57,748 nucleotides of DNA from Chloroflexota bacterium (GCA_013151955.1 JAADHH010000140.1:1-57748); one strand, 5' to 3'; shown: positions 1-9,859, numbered from the stretch's first letter. Numbers and translations: made by a program. The notes: generated from the letters alone by a model not told the origin.

Positions 1-42
1 AAGACCCCTTGTTATATGTATTGAACTACTAATTAGGCCGCC

Positions 43-73
43 TTGCCGTGACGGGCCTTGCCTGAGCAGTAAC
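43..73. repeat. Short copy of the GT(A/T)ACTACTCAG...CTGA(G/A)(C/T)AGT(T/A)AC intergenic repeat family (empty form)
   Basis: TTGCCGTGACGGGCCTTGCCTGAGCAGTAAC matches both flanks of the filled copy at 41948-42127. Confidence 0.7.
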
Positions 74-74
74 C

Positions 75-238
75 ACAGATCAAAAAAGCTTTATCCGTGT
101 TCATCCGTGAGAATCTATGTTCAAAATCTTGACTCGTTTGTAAAGAATTTGCTCCCTCAAGGAGTTCAGCATCCCCCGAATCTGCCACGGATTAGCACGA
201 AAAACAAAAAATCCGAGTAAATCTGTGCAACCTGTGGC
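75..238. repeat. CACAGAT/ATCTGTG-type short imperfect inverted repeats
   Basis: cacagat...atccgtgttcatccgtg and gccacggattagcacg...atctgtgcaacctgtggc; the same units occur inside the CTAG-ended elements. Confidence 0.55.
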
Positions 239-261
239 AAAAAAGGCTGTGTCCTGACAAG

Positions 262-3200
262 CTAACGAGATTTGCCTGCTGCAGCCCGCGTTCTCTGGAA
301 GGTGAGCAGAAAGTTCACGTGATGGCGAACGGGCAACCCCATGCCAAGCACCGCATCGCTGATTCCGTCCACCTCGACCCGGTAAGAACCCATCTTTGCA
401 TACATCGGAAAGTCCGCGGCATACTCCGGTGCCGGTTTGTCCTTGGTGTAGATCGGCACCTGACCGCCATCCCAAATCACCCAGGCCCGCTCCCCGACAA
501 TGCGCCGGCCCTGCTCGTCTATCAGTTCCACGTAGATATTGTGATTGCCACTTGATTCGGTCGGGTCCTGGTACACCGCCTGTACCAGCCGCCATACCGT
601 CTGCCCACGACGCGCACGGGCAGTTTTCAGGCGCACGCCCCACTCGTCGAGGCGCGGGTCCCACTGCAAGGGGCGCGGACTGGATGACGCACGGGCTACG
701 GGCGAAGTGGTACGAGACCAGGAGGGCATCGCCGGCGGCGTATCCGTCGTCCCGTACGAATCGAGCAGGTTGCCCACGGAATCGAGCAGACGCAAGCCCA
801 ACATGCCGGGTGCCCCGTTTGCGGGTTTCCAAAGATCGGTCAGACGGTCTCCCGGCGACAACTCCAGCGCCCAAGATTTGGCGATTTGCCCCCCATTCCA
901 CAATTGCAATTGCCCCCGCAAACGTGTGTGTGCATACAACGATACCTGGACGGCCCCCGTATCTTCGCGACGCCAGCGCAGGGTGGCCGCGCGCGCCGCG
1001 TGGATCAGGTATGGCTCCGCCCCCGGAACGACGGTCGGCTCCCCGGCCACAGCCGGCGAGGAAAAGGTCGTCGCCGGTGCGGCTTGCCCGGCCACGGGAC
1101 CGCTGCCCGGTGCCCCGGTCGCTATCCAGGCCGCGATCTGCGCCGGTGAATAGCGCCGCGTGCGGCTCCCCTTGCCGGCCACGTTCGTCTTCAGTGCAGG
1201 TACCACCGGCAACGTCGTGCCGTCCATCTTGTACCATGCTGCGGCCTCCCATTGCCCAGAGCCGCCGCCGGCCGCCTGATTCACCAGCAGCCACGGCATA
1301 AAAGCAAAATAGTAGGGTGGGGCCTGATCCAGCACATAATTGTAGGCAGCCACTGTCCAGCGGGCTACGTCGCCATCCGAAACGGGCGGGTAACGCGGGT
1401 CTTCCTGGGAACCGGCAATGGCTCCCCCCTCCGTGGAAATGATCGGCATGGCAAATCCCACCCGCTTCATCACCACCTTGTGGTAGGCCTCGAACTTGCG
1501 AAACGCGTTGGAGTCTTCGTAGATCGTACTGCCCCGGTAGAAACCGCCTTGCGCGCGCGGCAGACGGGCAATTTGTCGCGCGTGATTGATCGCGCGAACC
1601 TGCTCGGGCGAGAGGCCGCGCCGGGCCGCCTCCCTTTCCGAAAGGAGCGTGCCCTGCAAGTTCACGCTATCCTCCGGGTAATCGAGTGGATGGTTCAGGA
1701 AATAGTTGTGCAGCGGCAGCCACGATTGCCGTAAGAGGTCTCCGCGCCCTTGCCGTTCCACCTCGGCGAGGAATGCGTCCAGGAATGTCACGTCGTCGTA
1801 GTCGCCACCCGGCGTCAGGGCCGGCAGACTGGGGAATCCTCCCCCTCGCACGACCGTCTCTGCGGCCGGTATCCACAGATTTGCGATACGGCTAACGCTG
1901 ATCGATTCGCCGTCTCGCCAGCCCCCCGGTTGTCCGGCGATGTTCGGTTCGTTGAACAGTTCGTAGTAATAGACCCCCATGGGCCTTCCCTCGCGCACGA
2001 TCTCGGCCAGGTGTGCCGGCGGATCGTTGTATTCCTGATAGATGCGAACCACAGGCATTATGCCCCCGGCCACCAGTTGCCGGATGAGATAGGGGTGAGC
2101 GATCTTGGGTACATCCCCTTGCGTAATCTTCACCCACTTGATCTGCAGAGCACGCAATTCGGCGATGTAGCGGTCTACAACCGCCGGTGGCTGGCCGAAT
2201 AGGCCGGTGGACCAGTGTACCCCCCAGCCATTATCCTGGCGGGGCCGGGGGAAGCGGGCCAGGTTGGCGTAGGCCGCGGCGTCGATGGCCGTCGCCCCCT
2301 TCGCAGTCGCCCCCGGCGCTGCCCTCCGGCGAGAAACGCGCCCCTGATTCCCACCCGGCGCATTCCGGCGCATCTCCCCGCGACGCGGAAACGATTTGAG
2401 CGCTTCGACGACGGGCAGGTGATTGCCCTTGCGGTCGTGATACCAGGCGTCGGTTTCCCAGGCGGTGTTGTGATAATCGAGGCCCCGCTGCGCGATGAGC
2501 CAACTCGTATAGGCGAAGTAATACGCCGGCGCTTCGTCCAGCATGTACTGTACTGCCTCCAGCGTCATGTCTCGCTGCATGTCTGGCGTGATGCGGGGAT
2601 AGCGGGGGTCGTCGCCGTTTCCCACGGTCGTGCCCCCCTCCGTACCGATGATCGGAATCTCAAAGCCGAAAATGTCTGTGAACTGCTTGTGATAGGCTAG
2701 GAATTGCAGGAAGCCGTAGCTGTCCTGGTCAATGGTGGAGCCGACGTAGTAGCCCCCCTCCGTGCGTGGCTTGTGCGAGATCGCCCGGAAGTGGTTGATT
2801 TGCGCTACCTCTGCCGATGCAATATGGTAACGCGCAATCTCGGTGGGGGAGAGGGGCGTGCCGTGCAGGTTCACCGCGTCGTAGGGATAGCGAATGGGGT
2901 GATTGATGGTGTAGTTGTGCAACGCGATCCAGGCACGGTAAAGTACGTCCGTGTCGCCATTCGCCTTCAGCCGGCGGAAGAATTGCTGGAAGAATGTTTG
3001 CTCGAACTTGGGGTCTTTTGTGGAGGGTGGAAACATGGAAGGCACCGAAGGGTACCCCCCCTCCTCCTCGATCACACGAGCGGCAGAGACCCACGAACGC
3101 AGCAAGTAATCTACATCGCGGTCTTGATCGTCGCGCCAGCCGGCATCCGTGCCCGGAAAATTTGGTTCGTTATACAGCTCGTAATAATAGACCCCCATGG

Positions 3201-3690
3201 GAAGGTAGTGCCGTACCAAACGGCGCAGCGACTGCACGTCCAGAGGGTCGTTGTGTCGCGTGTAAATGCGCATGATGGGCATGATGTCGTGGGCCACGAG
3301 CTGCTCCACCAAATAATCATGGTGGCGCCCTTCGGTACCATCGTTCAAGAATTTGACCCATTTGATGTCCATGGCTACCAATTCACGCACGAAGTAGTCC
3401 GTTGTTTCCCGACTCTCGCCGTACAGGTTCGTGCTCCAATGAATGCCGATCCCGTTGTCATCCAGCGGGCGTGGGTAGGCGCTGAGCGGCAGTGGGCCGG
3501 CGGCCCGCACGGCCCGTGCCCCGCCCGCCAGCGCGAACAAAACACATATCAAGGCCAACGCCAAAACGCGAAACGTGAAACGTGCTGCGTATTGCGTGTC
3601 GTGTACTGTGTATCGCATTTTCAAACCCAACTCTCTGTCCTTTTGCATAGGAGAATCAGTGAATAGGCGAATTGGTCGCGCGCCGCTCAT
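262..3690 (-). CDS. Secreted protein with two tandem clan GH-A (TIM-barrel) glycoside hydrolase-like domains and a C-terminal beta-rich domain
   Basis: Signal-like segment RVLALALICVLFALAGGARAVRA; duplicated domain motifs DNGxGxHW, YELYNEPN/YELFNEPN, LHNY, TEGG. ATG overlaps the upstream stop (ATGA); the true start could be later (about 3618). Confidence 0.7.
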   Translation of the reverse strand: MSGARPIRLFTDSPMQKDRELGLKMRYTVHDTQYAARFTFRVLALALICVLFALAGGARAVRAAGPLPLSAYPRPLDDNGIGIHWSTNLYGESRETTDYFVRELVAMDIKWVKFLNDGTEGRHHDYLVEQLVAHDIMPIMRIYTRHNDPLDVQSLRRLVRHYLPMGVYYYELYNEPNFPGTDAGWRDDQDRDVDYLLRSWVSAARVIEEEGGYPSVPSMFPPSTKDPKFEQTFFQQFFRRLKANGDTDVLYRAWIALHNYTINHPIRYPYDAVNLHGTPLSPTEIARYHIASAEVAQINHFRAISHKPRTEGGYYVGSTIDQDSYGFLQFLAYHKQFTDIFGFEIPIIGTEGGTTVGNGDDPRYPRITPDMQRDMTLEAVQYMLDEAPAYYFAYTSWLIAQRGLDYHNTAWETDAWYHDRKGNHLPVVEALKSFPRRGEMRRNAPGGNQGRVSRRRAAPGATAKGATAIDAAAYANLARFPRPRQDNGWGVHWSTGLFGQPPAVVDRYIAELRALQIKWVKITQGDVPKIAHPYLIRQLVAGGIMPVVRIYQEYNDPPAHLAEIVREGRPMGVYYYELFNEPNIAGQPGGWRDGESISVSRIANLWIPAAETVVRGGGFPSLPALTPGGDYDDVTFLDAFLAEVERQGRGDLLRQSWLPLHNYFLNHPLDYPEDSVNLQGTLLSEREAARRGLSPEQVRAINHARQIARLPRAQGGFYRGSTIYEDSNAFRKFEAYHKVVMKRVGFAMPIISTEGGAIAGSQEDPRYPPVSDGDVARWTVAAYNYVLDQAPPYYFAFMPWLLVNQAAGGGSGQWEAAAWYKMDGTTLPVVPALKTNVAGKGSRTRRYSPAQIAAWIATGAPGSGPVAGQAAPATTFSSPAVAGEPTVVPGAEPYLIHAARAATLRWRREDTGAVQVSLYAHTRLRGQLQLWNGGQIAKSWALELSPGDRLTDLWKPANGAPGMLGLRLLDSVGNLLDSYGTTDTPPAMPSWSRTTSPVARASSSPRPLQWDPRLDEWGVRLKTARARRGQTVWRLVQAVYQDPTESSGNHNIYVELIDEQGRRIVGERAWVIWDGGQVPIYTKDKPAPEYAADFPMYAKMGSYRVEVDGISDAVLGMGLPVRHHVNFLLTFQRTRAAAGKSR
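3564..3619. repeat. Imperfect 7-bp tandem repeat within the 5' end of the large GH gene
   Basis: aaacgcg aaacgtg aaacgtg ctgcgta ttgcgtg tcgtgta ctgtgta tcgcatt. Confidence 0.6.
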
Positions 3691-3986
3691 CGTGCCGCTT
3701 CTCCGGCCACATAACCGCGCAGCCGGTAAACATAGGATAGCACTTCGGCGATAACGGGATAAAGTTCTGACGGAACGATTTGCCCGACATCGAGCTGGGC
3801 CAAGAGCGCGACCAGGTCGGGGTCCTCACGAATGGCAATGCCATGTTCCCGCGCAAGAGCAAGGATGCGTTCGGCGACCTCGCCCCGGCCGGCTGCCGTA
3901 ACGACCGGCGCCGGCGCTATGGCTTCATCGTAGCGTAGGGCAACGGCTCTGGTGCGAACGTGCGCCTTGCCAGCTTCTTGCGCCAT
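3687..3986 (-). CDS. Stand-alone FlhB C-terminal-like protein (EscU/YscU/HrcU family, FlhX/YlqH-like)
   Basis: RAVALRY..APVVTAAGRG..AERI...ARE.GI.I.ED..L...L...IAEVLSYVY parallels the post-NPTH part of FlhB in this window. Confidence 0.9.
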   Translation of the reverse strand: MAQEAGKAHVRTRAVALRYDEAIAPAPVVTAAGRGEVAERILALAREHGIAIREDPDLVALLAQLDVGQIVPSELYPVIAEVLSYVYRLRGYVAGEAAR

Positions 3987-3988
3987 GC

Positions 3989-5671
3989 CTACGCCCTCGC
4001 GTCGACCCGCATGGCCGGGTTGCCCCGAGCCGCTGGAAGCGCCTCGTTCCCCGGCGGGTCCTGCCTATCGACCTGCGTTGTGAGCACCGACGTATGGAGT
4101 TGCTCAACCGAGAACCCCAGACGCCCCAACCCCAGACGCAAATCGCCGGCATGTTGGCGGGAAAGCGCCCGCACCGGCTCGCTGTCCGAGCGAAAGTGTG
4201 CCCGCACGCGATTCTGCCAGACCACCAAGTCGATTTCTACCGGCCCGAGGCCCGACACGTTCAACCGAAAAAGGAGGCGCACGTCCCGGGGGTCAACGCG
4301 TGGCGGCCCGTTATCCGCCCCACTGCCGGTCTGCCAATAGATGCGCACCTGCCCGGCCTGCAGCCCATCGGGGGCGGCAAGTGGCAGGGGAAAAATGTAA
4401 AACGGCTCGGAGACGTGTGCAGCCGGCTGCCGCACGTTGAATAGATGTTCCCCTTGCACATGCTGTAACACGCTATCCACGCGCTCGGTAAGCTGTTGCC
4501 ACGCTTCCCGTTGGGCGGGGGGCGTCCCCGCATCGTCCACCACACGGGTGGCCAGTTCCCGCAACTGGTAGAGCAAAATTTGGTCCCGCACCACAACGGC
4601 CGGTCTCCCCGCAGAGACCTGGTTCACGAGGTTGGGGACCCCCTCCGTGAGGGGCGGCGTAGTCTCCGTGGTCGTGGCGGGCAAGCTCGCCGTCGCATCG
4701 GGCGGTTGTGCTGGCGTTGCGGGCCGGGGTGCGGTCTGCTCACCGGCCGGCAATGATGCCTCGCTGTCCAACAAGTGATATTCAACCGAAGTGCCCAACT
4801 CTTCCAGGACATGGCGAACCTGCTCCGCAATGCCCGCCAACGACTGATCCCCCTGCAACGGCCAGGCCGCTACACGGGCCATCACCTGCGTGAGCAAGGG
4901 CCGCGCCGAGGATGTCTGCCCATTCCCCTCCGGCTCAACGGCCAGGGTATCGGCCAGAGCGCTCAGCAGCGCGGAAGTCTGCTTGTCCCAGGGTGGCACA
5001 TCGTCCGTCCAGGTGGAAGCGAGGGCCACCGTTTGCGATGTGATGGGCAGCCGGAGAACCGTTAGCCGCACGACCGCGGGCAGGGCCTCGCGCAAGGGCT
5101 GGGAGAGCACGTCCTCTCCGGCGGCCAAACGGCCCGCGTCCGGCCCCCCGACAGCGCCGTCGGGGCTGCCGCCCTCAACGGGGGGCGCTTGGTTTTCCCC
5201 GTCGCCCGTTTCCGGCAGGCTTTGCGCCAGGCTTTCCAGGGCCGCGCGTACATGGCTGACCAGATCGGGCTCCACGGCCAGGCCCTGTTGGATCAACTCC
5301 AAAGCGATGGCCCGGTTTACGCCATCATCCGCGATGGACAGCGTTGTCAAGAGCTCGCCGACCCACTGCGCGTCGGGGCGTGTGACCGCGTCGGCGGAAT
5401 CCCCTTCCGGTGAAACCAACTGCAAAGCGACTTGCTGAGGCGTTATCTCCTGCACGCGCAACATCACTTGAGCGCCGAGAGGCAGGTTCAAGTTTGTGGA
5501 AGCCCACAGCTTTTGCCCACTGCCCAGGTCCAACAAGGCGCGACCGTCGACGACATCCAGCACAGTGGCGCGCAGGGTTTGGTGCAAAGCCAAACGAAGC
5601 GCCGCCGTCCCCGCCCGGCGAGGAACAACGAATAGTTGTTGATTCAATGGAAATACAGTGGAAATATTCAA
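3989..5671 (-). CDS. Second FliK-like protein (hook-length control C-terminal domain, YlqG-like)
   Basis: C-terminal LFRLNVSGLGPVEIDL...LRLGLGRLGFSV...VDARA motif; adjacent to the FlhB-C-like gene. Confidence 0.7.
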   Translation of the reverse strand: MNISTVFPLNQQLFVVPRRAGTAALRLALHQTLRATVLDVVDGRALLDLGSGQKLWASTNLNLPLGAQVMLRVQEITPQQVALQLVSPEGDSADAVTRPDAQWVGELLTTLSIADDGVNRAIALELIQQGLAVEPDLVSHVRAALESLAQSLPETGDGENQAPPVEGGSPDGAVGGPDAGRLAAGEDVLSQPLREALPAVVRLTVLRLPITSQTVALASTWTDDVPPWDKQTSALLSALADTLAVEPEGNGQTSSARPLLTQVMARVAAWPLQGDQSLAGIAEQVRHVLEELGTSVEYHLLDSEASLPAGEQTAPRPATPAQPPDATASLPATTTETTPPLTEGVPNLVNQVSAGRPAVVVRDQILLYQLRELATRVVDDAGTPPAQREAWQQLTERVDSVLQHVQGEHLFNVRQPAAHVSEPFYIFPLPLAAPDGLQAGQVRIYWQTGSGADNGPPRVDPRDVRLLFRLNVSGLGPVEIDLVVWQNRVRAHFRSDSEPVRALSRQHAGDLRLGLGRLGFSVEQLHTSVLTTQVDRQDPPGNEALPAARGNPAMRVDARA

Positions 5672-5953
5672 AAAGAGTCTCCGTTGCTACTCAGGCCGGC
5701 TTCGGCAAGCAATGAATTGTCTGCCTATAATTGCGAAACTTGTTGAAACAGGTTACTACCGTGCTGGAATAGTTGGAATAGTGCGTTTTAACGCACTTCG
5801 CAGTCTCAGGCGGCGAATTCATTCGTCTGGCTGGCCTGGCCGGTTGGGGCGGACCGGGGACCGGCCTGCGCCCGAGGAGCGCCGGCCCAGGTGCGACGCA
5901 CGGCTGCCGGCCAATGCGTCGCACCCAAGTTTACCGGTCAATATTGACTACCC

Positions 5954-7192
5954 CTAACGCTTGAGGTTGACGAGTTCCTGAAGCAGCTCGTCCGATGTTG
6001 TGATAACGCGCGAGTTTGCTTGGAACCCTCGCTGCGCGGCGATCATGTTTGTGAATTCACGGGCCAGTTCCACGTTGGACATCTCCAGGTACCCGGAGGA
6101 AATATGGCCCCGTCCCCCGCTCTGCGGCAAGCCGATTTGCGGCGTACCTGAATTTGCCGAAGCAGCGAAGAGACTTTGCCCAACTTTTTTCAAGCCACCG
6201 GCGTTCAGGAATCGGGCCAGGGCAAGCTGTCCGACCCTTCGCGTGAGGCCGTTGGAAAAAGAAGCGGACACCTCTCCGGTAGTGCTGACCGCAAACGTGG
6301 TCAGCGTGCCTGGCGGCAACCCATCCTGATCCGTAGGCGCAACACTGCCTGAGCCGGCCAATTGCGTTAGTGCAGAGAAATCCAGATTGACGACCGATGG
6401 GCTATCCGCACCGTTGTTGTAGGCGATGCTTATGGTCGTCGCCGGATTGTTGGTCACGTCGTATTGGCCATTGCTGTCGAAATCTACGGTTGTACCCGCC
6501 GGCGTAATATTCGATATACTGCTGTCGGACGTCGAGGCCGCCCACGTCCACTCGTTCGAAGCAGGAGAGCGCGTAAAGGTCAACGTAATCGTGTGACGGG
6601 TACCTTGCGAATCGTAAATACCGATGGTTGTGTTCACGGCGTCTCCCGCCACAGCCTCGGCACTCAAGTTCCCCTGAAATCCTACCTTCGCTGAAGCACG
6701 GGCCATCGATTGCCCAAAGGGAATGGTGATATCGGTAGGCTCTGTGCTGGTATCTACCGCGCCGGCGGTATCGGCCATCCAACCCTGCACTTTCATGCCG
6801 GTCGCGACATTCACCAACGAACCGTCCAGGCCGATATCCAGAACGCCGTCGCGGGAGTAGACGAACCCCGACGAACTATTCAAGACGAAGAACCCGTCGC
6901 CCTGGATGGCCAAGTCTGTGAGACGACCGGTGTCCTGCAAACTTCCCTGGTTGAACATTGTGTCAATGCCGCCCAACGCAACACCCAACCCAATCTGAAT
7001 GGGGTTTAGTCCCCCGCTGCCGCCACGAGGCGCGCTGCTGCCCCGCAGTGTCTGGCTCAATAGTTCCTGAAACGATATCCGGCTGGCTTTATAGCCGGTA
7101 GTATTCACATTGGCAATGTTGCCGGCGACCACATCCATATAAACCTGATGGTTGCGCAAGGCAGAAATTGCCACAGACATAGAGCGTAACAT
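5954..7192 (-). CDS. flgE: Flagellar hook protein FlgE
   Basis: MLRSM..AISAL, NIANVNTTGYK, DLAIQGDGFF, LEMSNVELAREFTNMIAAQRGFQANSRVITTSDE. Confidence 0.97.
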   Translation of the reverse strand: MLRSMSVAISALRNHQVYMDVVAGNIANVNTTGYKASRISFQELLSQTLRGSSAPRGGSGGLNPIQIGLGVALGGIDTMFNQGSLQDTGRLTDLAIQGDGFFVLNSSSGFVYSRDGVLDIGLDGSLVNVATGMKVQGWMADTAGAVDTSTEPTDITIPFGQSMARASAKVGFQGNLSAEAVAGDAVNTTIGIYDSQGTRHTITLTFTRSPASNEWTWAASTSDSSISNITPAGTTVDFDSNGQYDVTNNPATTISIAYNNGADSPSVVNLDFSALTQLAGSGSVAPTDQDGLPPGTLTTFAVSTTGEVSASFSNGLTRRVGQLALARFLNAGGLKKVGQSLFAASANSGTPQIGLPQSGGRGHISSGYLEMSNVELAREFTNMIAAQRGFQANSRVITTSDELLQELVNLKR

Positions 7193-7200
7193 CTAATTTG

Positions 7201-7291
7201 CCTCCTTTGAAGGTGGAGCGACTGGAAAACGCGAAAGACGTGGTCAGCGCTCCGCTATGCAAACAGGCTTCCTCGTGGAGGACCGGCCTGT
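7201..7291 (-). promoter_or_regulatory. Two-hairpin structured leader immediately upstream of the flgE ribosome-binding site
   Basis: Minus strand: ACAGGC-CGGT-CCTC-CAC-GAGG-AA-GCCTGT, then GGAGCG-CTG...CAG-T-CGCTCC, then AAGGAGG. Confidence 0.5.
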
Positions 7292-7306
7292 CAAACTCCA
7301 TGCACC

Positions 7307-7720
7307 TCACACGGTGCTTGTCAAAACAACGCTGTCAATGTTTGTGAATATGCCCTCCTTTCGATTGTTGCCATCCACGGCCGTCACCACTGTACGATTC
7401 TTGATGTCTACAATCAATGCCAAATCGTCCATCAGGACCAGCGAGTCACGCGAGCCCTTGGCCGCAGCCTTATCCACGGCCTGCTCGATCCGCTGCACAT
7501 CGGCCGGCGCGAGCTGAATGCCGCGCATGGCCATGCGGCGCTGGGCGTGCCCGGAGAACTGTACGCTAGTCGGGTGCTGGGCGGCCTGCTGCAAATAGTG
7601 GTCGAACGACGATGCGCCGGCCTTGCCCGCTGCTTGCCCCGCCGGAACGGCCGGCCTGTTCGCCGGCGTCGGGCGAAGTGTGCGCAGGGATTCAATGGCC
7701 AGTGTAGGATCAACTGACAT
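7307..7720 (-). CDS. Flagellar operon protein (TIGR02530 family)
   Basis: FSGHAQRRMAMRGI...AVDKAAAKGSRDSLVL...NRTVVTA...IFTNIDSVV; lies between flgD and flgE. Confidence 0.9.
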   Translation of the reverse strand: MSVDPTLAIESLRTLRPTPANRPAVPAGQAAGKAGASSFDHYLQQAAQHPTSVQFSGHAQRRMAMRGIQLAPADVQRIEQAVDKAAAKGSRDSLVLMDDLALIVDIKNRTVVTAVDGNNRKEGIFTNIDSVVLTSTV

Positions 7721-8150
7721 CGGCGGGCACCTCCTCGACGGAATGCACACTGGAAAACGCGAGTTGGCTGGCCCCGACGGTAAGCATCACCTTGTCCCCG
7801 GCCACGTGTACCTCCGAGACCACGCCACTGACCGGCATCCCCTGGTCATCCAAACCAGAAGCCTGCTTCCCGATCAACGCGCTGGCCTGCGAAAGTCGTT
7901 GGCCGTGTACGAAATTTGTCATCGTCTGGTTGAGTTGTGCCATCTCTTCCAGAGCGTTGAATTGCGCGAGCTGGGCCAGAAAATCGGTGTTACTCACCGG
8001 ATTCAGCGGGTCCTGCTGGCGCATCTGGGCCAACATCAACTTCATAAACGCATCTCGCCCCAAGCCCATGGACTTCGATGCTCCCGAAGCCGCGGGTGTG
8101 GCAGATTTGTCCACGCTCTTTGTACTGCTCTGAATTCCCGTAACCATCAT
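7710..8150 (-). CDS. flgD: Flagellar hook capping protein FlgD
   Basis: LGRDAFMKLMLAQMRQQDPLNP..NTDFLAQLAQF. Confidence 0.95.
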   Translation of the reverse strand: MMVTGIQSSTKSVDKSATPAASGASKSMGLGRDAFMKLMLAQMRQQDPLNPVSNTDFLAQLAQFNALEEMAQLNQTMTNFVHGQRLSQASALIGKQASGLDDQGMPVSGVVSEVHVAGDKVMLTVGASQLAFSSVHSVEEVPADVS

Positions 8151-8227
8151 AGGCTATCACCTCCGTTGGGTGAACATTCGCCATCGTGTGATTCTGGCAT
8201 CCACACGTTCACCCCGCTTTCAAGTAC

Positions 8228-9859
8228 CTACCCCCAATATTCGATACGCCCCCCATCCAGGAAATGACGACTCGCAGACAATGTCGGTCTGGATTGCGTG
8301 ACGTCAAGCCCTTCGTCCTGGATACCGGTCACCTCCTCGCGGTCTCGCTGCCACCCATCGTGGTGCGCGTTGCGACCGGCCAACTCTCGCGGGTTTCCAC
8401 CCAGACCGACCGATACGGCCAGATTTGTAGCCTGCAAGCCCTGCGTGGCCAGCGTCTCGCGAAGCTGCGTCCAATGGGACGCAATGACCTGCCCGACCTC
8501 CGCGTGTTCGGCGATTACATGAACCTGGACGTTGCTGCCGTCCAAAACGACGCGAATGTCCAGGTGGCCAAGTGATTCTGGCTGCAAACGAATGTGTGCT
8601 TCTTTACCACCTTGGGCCAGGGCCATGCGTACGCCGGCCGCCGTCTGATCGGTGATTGGGCGGGCGAGCTCACGCCAAAATGACGCAGCAGGCTCCTGCA
8701 CGGGGGCCGCCGCCGGCTTTGCCGGTACGGCCGCTTTCGCGTTGGTGGCCATCGCCGGCAAAGGCGAGGACTCATGAGCATTATGCTTTTCCGCCGGAGC
8801 AGACGGCTGCGCCGCCTCCCCCGTTCCCGAAACGATGGCTTCGAAGGCCAGAACGTTTGCCTGTGGCTGAGAATTCTGCGCCCCAGGCCGCTCCGCCGGC
8901 ACGGTACGTGCCGTGGAAGCCGGATCGGCTCCGCCCGAAACGGTTTGCGACCGCGCCGGTGTGCTTACCGGACGAGCAGCGACTCGCGCGGACCGGCCGG
9001 GCTTCCCCTTCTGCGTGCCCGTTGCGGCCACCGTGGCCGCCGCGACGCCTGCCGGATCGGCAGTTTGCGCCACCGCAGTTTGAGTCACCGCGGCTTGCGT
9101 CACCGTGGCTTGTGCCGCTGTGCTTTGTGCTGCTATGCCTTGCGCGTTCAGCTCTGCGCCGACGCCCGCAGGGGCCAGAGGGGCCGCCTGGGTCGGCACC
9201 GGTTGTGCGATGACAGGCTGCCCCGTTGCATCGTCAACCACCGCAGCCACGGCGACAGCCGCAGCCGGTGGAGTGGGTTTTCCATCCCCCGTCACGGGGC
9301 GGGTTCCGCCCGGCACTGCTAACGCAGCCACGGATGGTCCCGCAACAAGCGGCACCACCGCCGGAGTTGCCGGCACGGCAGAGGCCGAAACAGCACCCAC
9401 TGCACCGTCGGCAGGCGTAGTCGTAGTGGCCGTAGCCCCTTCGACGGGTGCGTCGCCTGAGGCGGGCACTTTCACCACCTGCTGCAAGCCCATCAGGGCG
9501 AGCAAGACAGCCGTATCCACCAAAAGTGGCGGGGGATCCGCACCATGTTGTTCGGTGGCTGCGGTCCCGTCAGCATCGGCCGGCACATTCCCCGCCGAAG
9601 TCCCTCCGGTCGGAGCGTCTGCGCTCGCCGCGCCATCCACTACGGTGGAACCGGCCAACGCCGCAATCGCCGCGTCCAGCACTGTTCCCTTCGTGCCGCT
9701 TTCCCCGGACAACTGGGCCAGGAGCAAAGCAACGAACGCATCCGGCGGTAGGCTCTTTGCGGACAATGGAGAGCGGACGGATACCGGCAAACTTGCGGAC
9801 GATGATGCAAGTTCAGCGGTCATAGTTGGTATCATAGTTAGTGCATTGATTTGTATCAC
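8228..9859 (-). CDS. fliK: Flagellar hook-length control protein FliK
   Basis: Ala/Pro/Thr-rich N-terminal region and C-terminal AHIRLQPESLGHLDIRV...LRETLATQGL; directly upstream of flgD. Confidence 0.9.
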   Translation of the reverse strand: MIQINALTMIPTMTAELASSSASLPVSVRSPLSAKSLPPDAFVALLLAQLSGESGTKGTVLDAAIAALAGSTVVDGAASADAPTGGTSAGNVPADADGTAATEQHGADPPPLLVDTAVLLALMGLQQVVKVPASGDAPVEGATATTTTPADGAVGAVSASAVPATPAVVPLVAGPSVAALAVPGGTRPVTGDGKPTPPAAAVAVAAVVDDATGQPVIAQPVPTQAAPLAPAGVGAELNAQGIAAQSTAAQATVTQAAVTQTAVAQTADPAGVAAATVAATGTQKGKPGRSARVAARPVSTPARSQTVSGGADPASTARTVPAERPGAQNSQPQANVLAFEAIVSGTGEAAQPSAPAEKHNAHESSPLPAMATNAKAAVPAKPAAAPVQEPAASFWRELARPITDQTAAGVRMALAQGGKEAHIRLQPESLGHLDIRVVLDGSNVQVHVIAEHAEVGQVIASHWTQLRETLATQGLQATNLAVSVGLGGNPRELAGRNAHHDGWQRDREEVTGIQDEGLDVTQSRPTLSASRHFLDGGRIEYWG

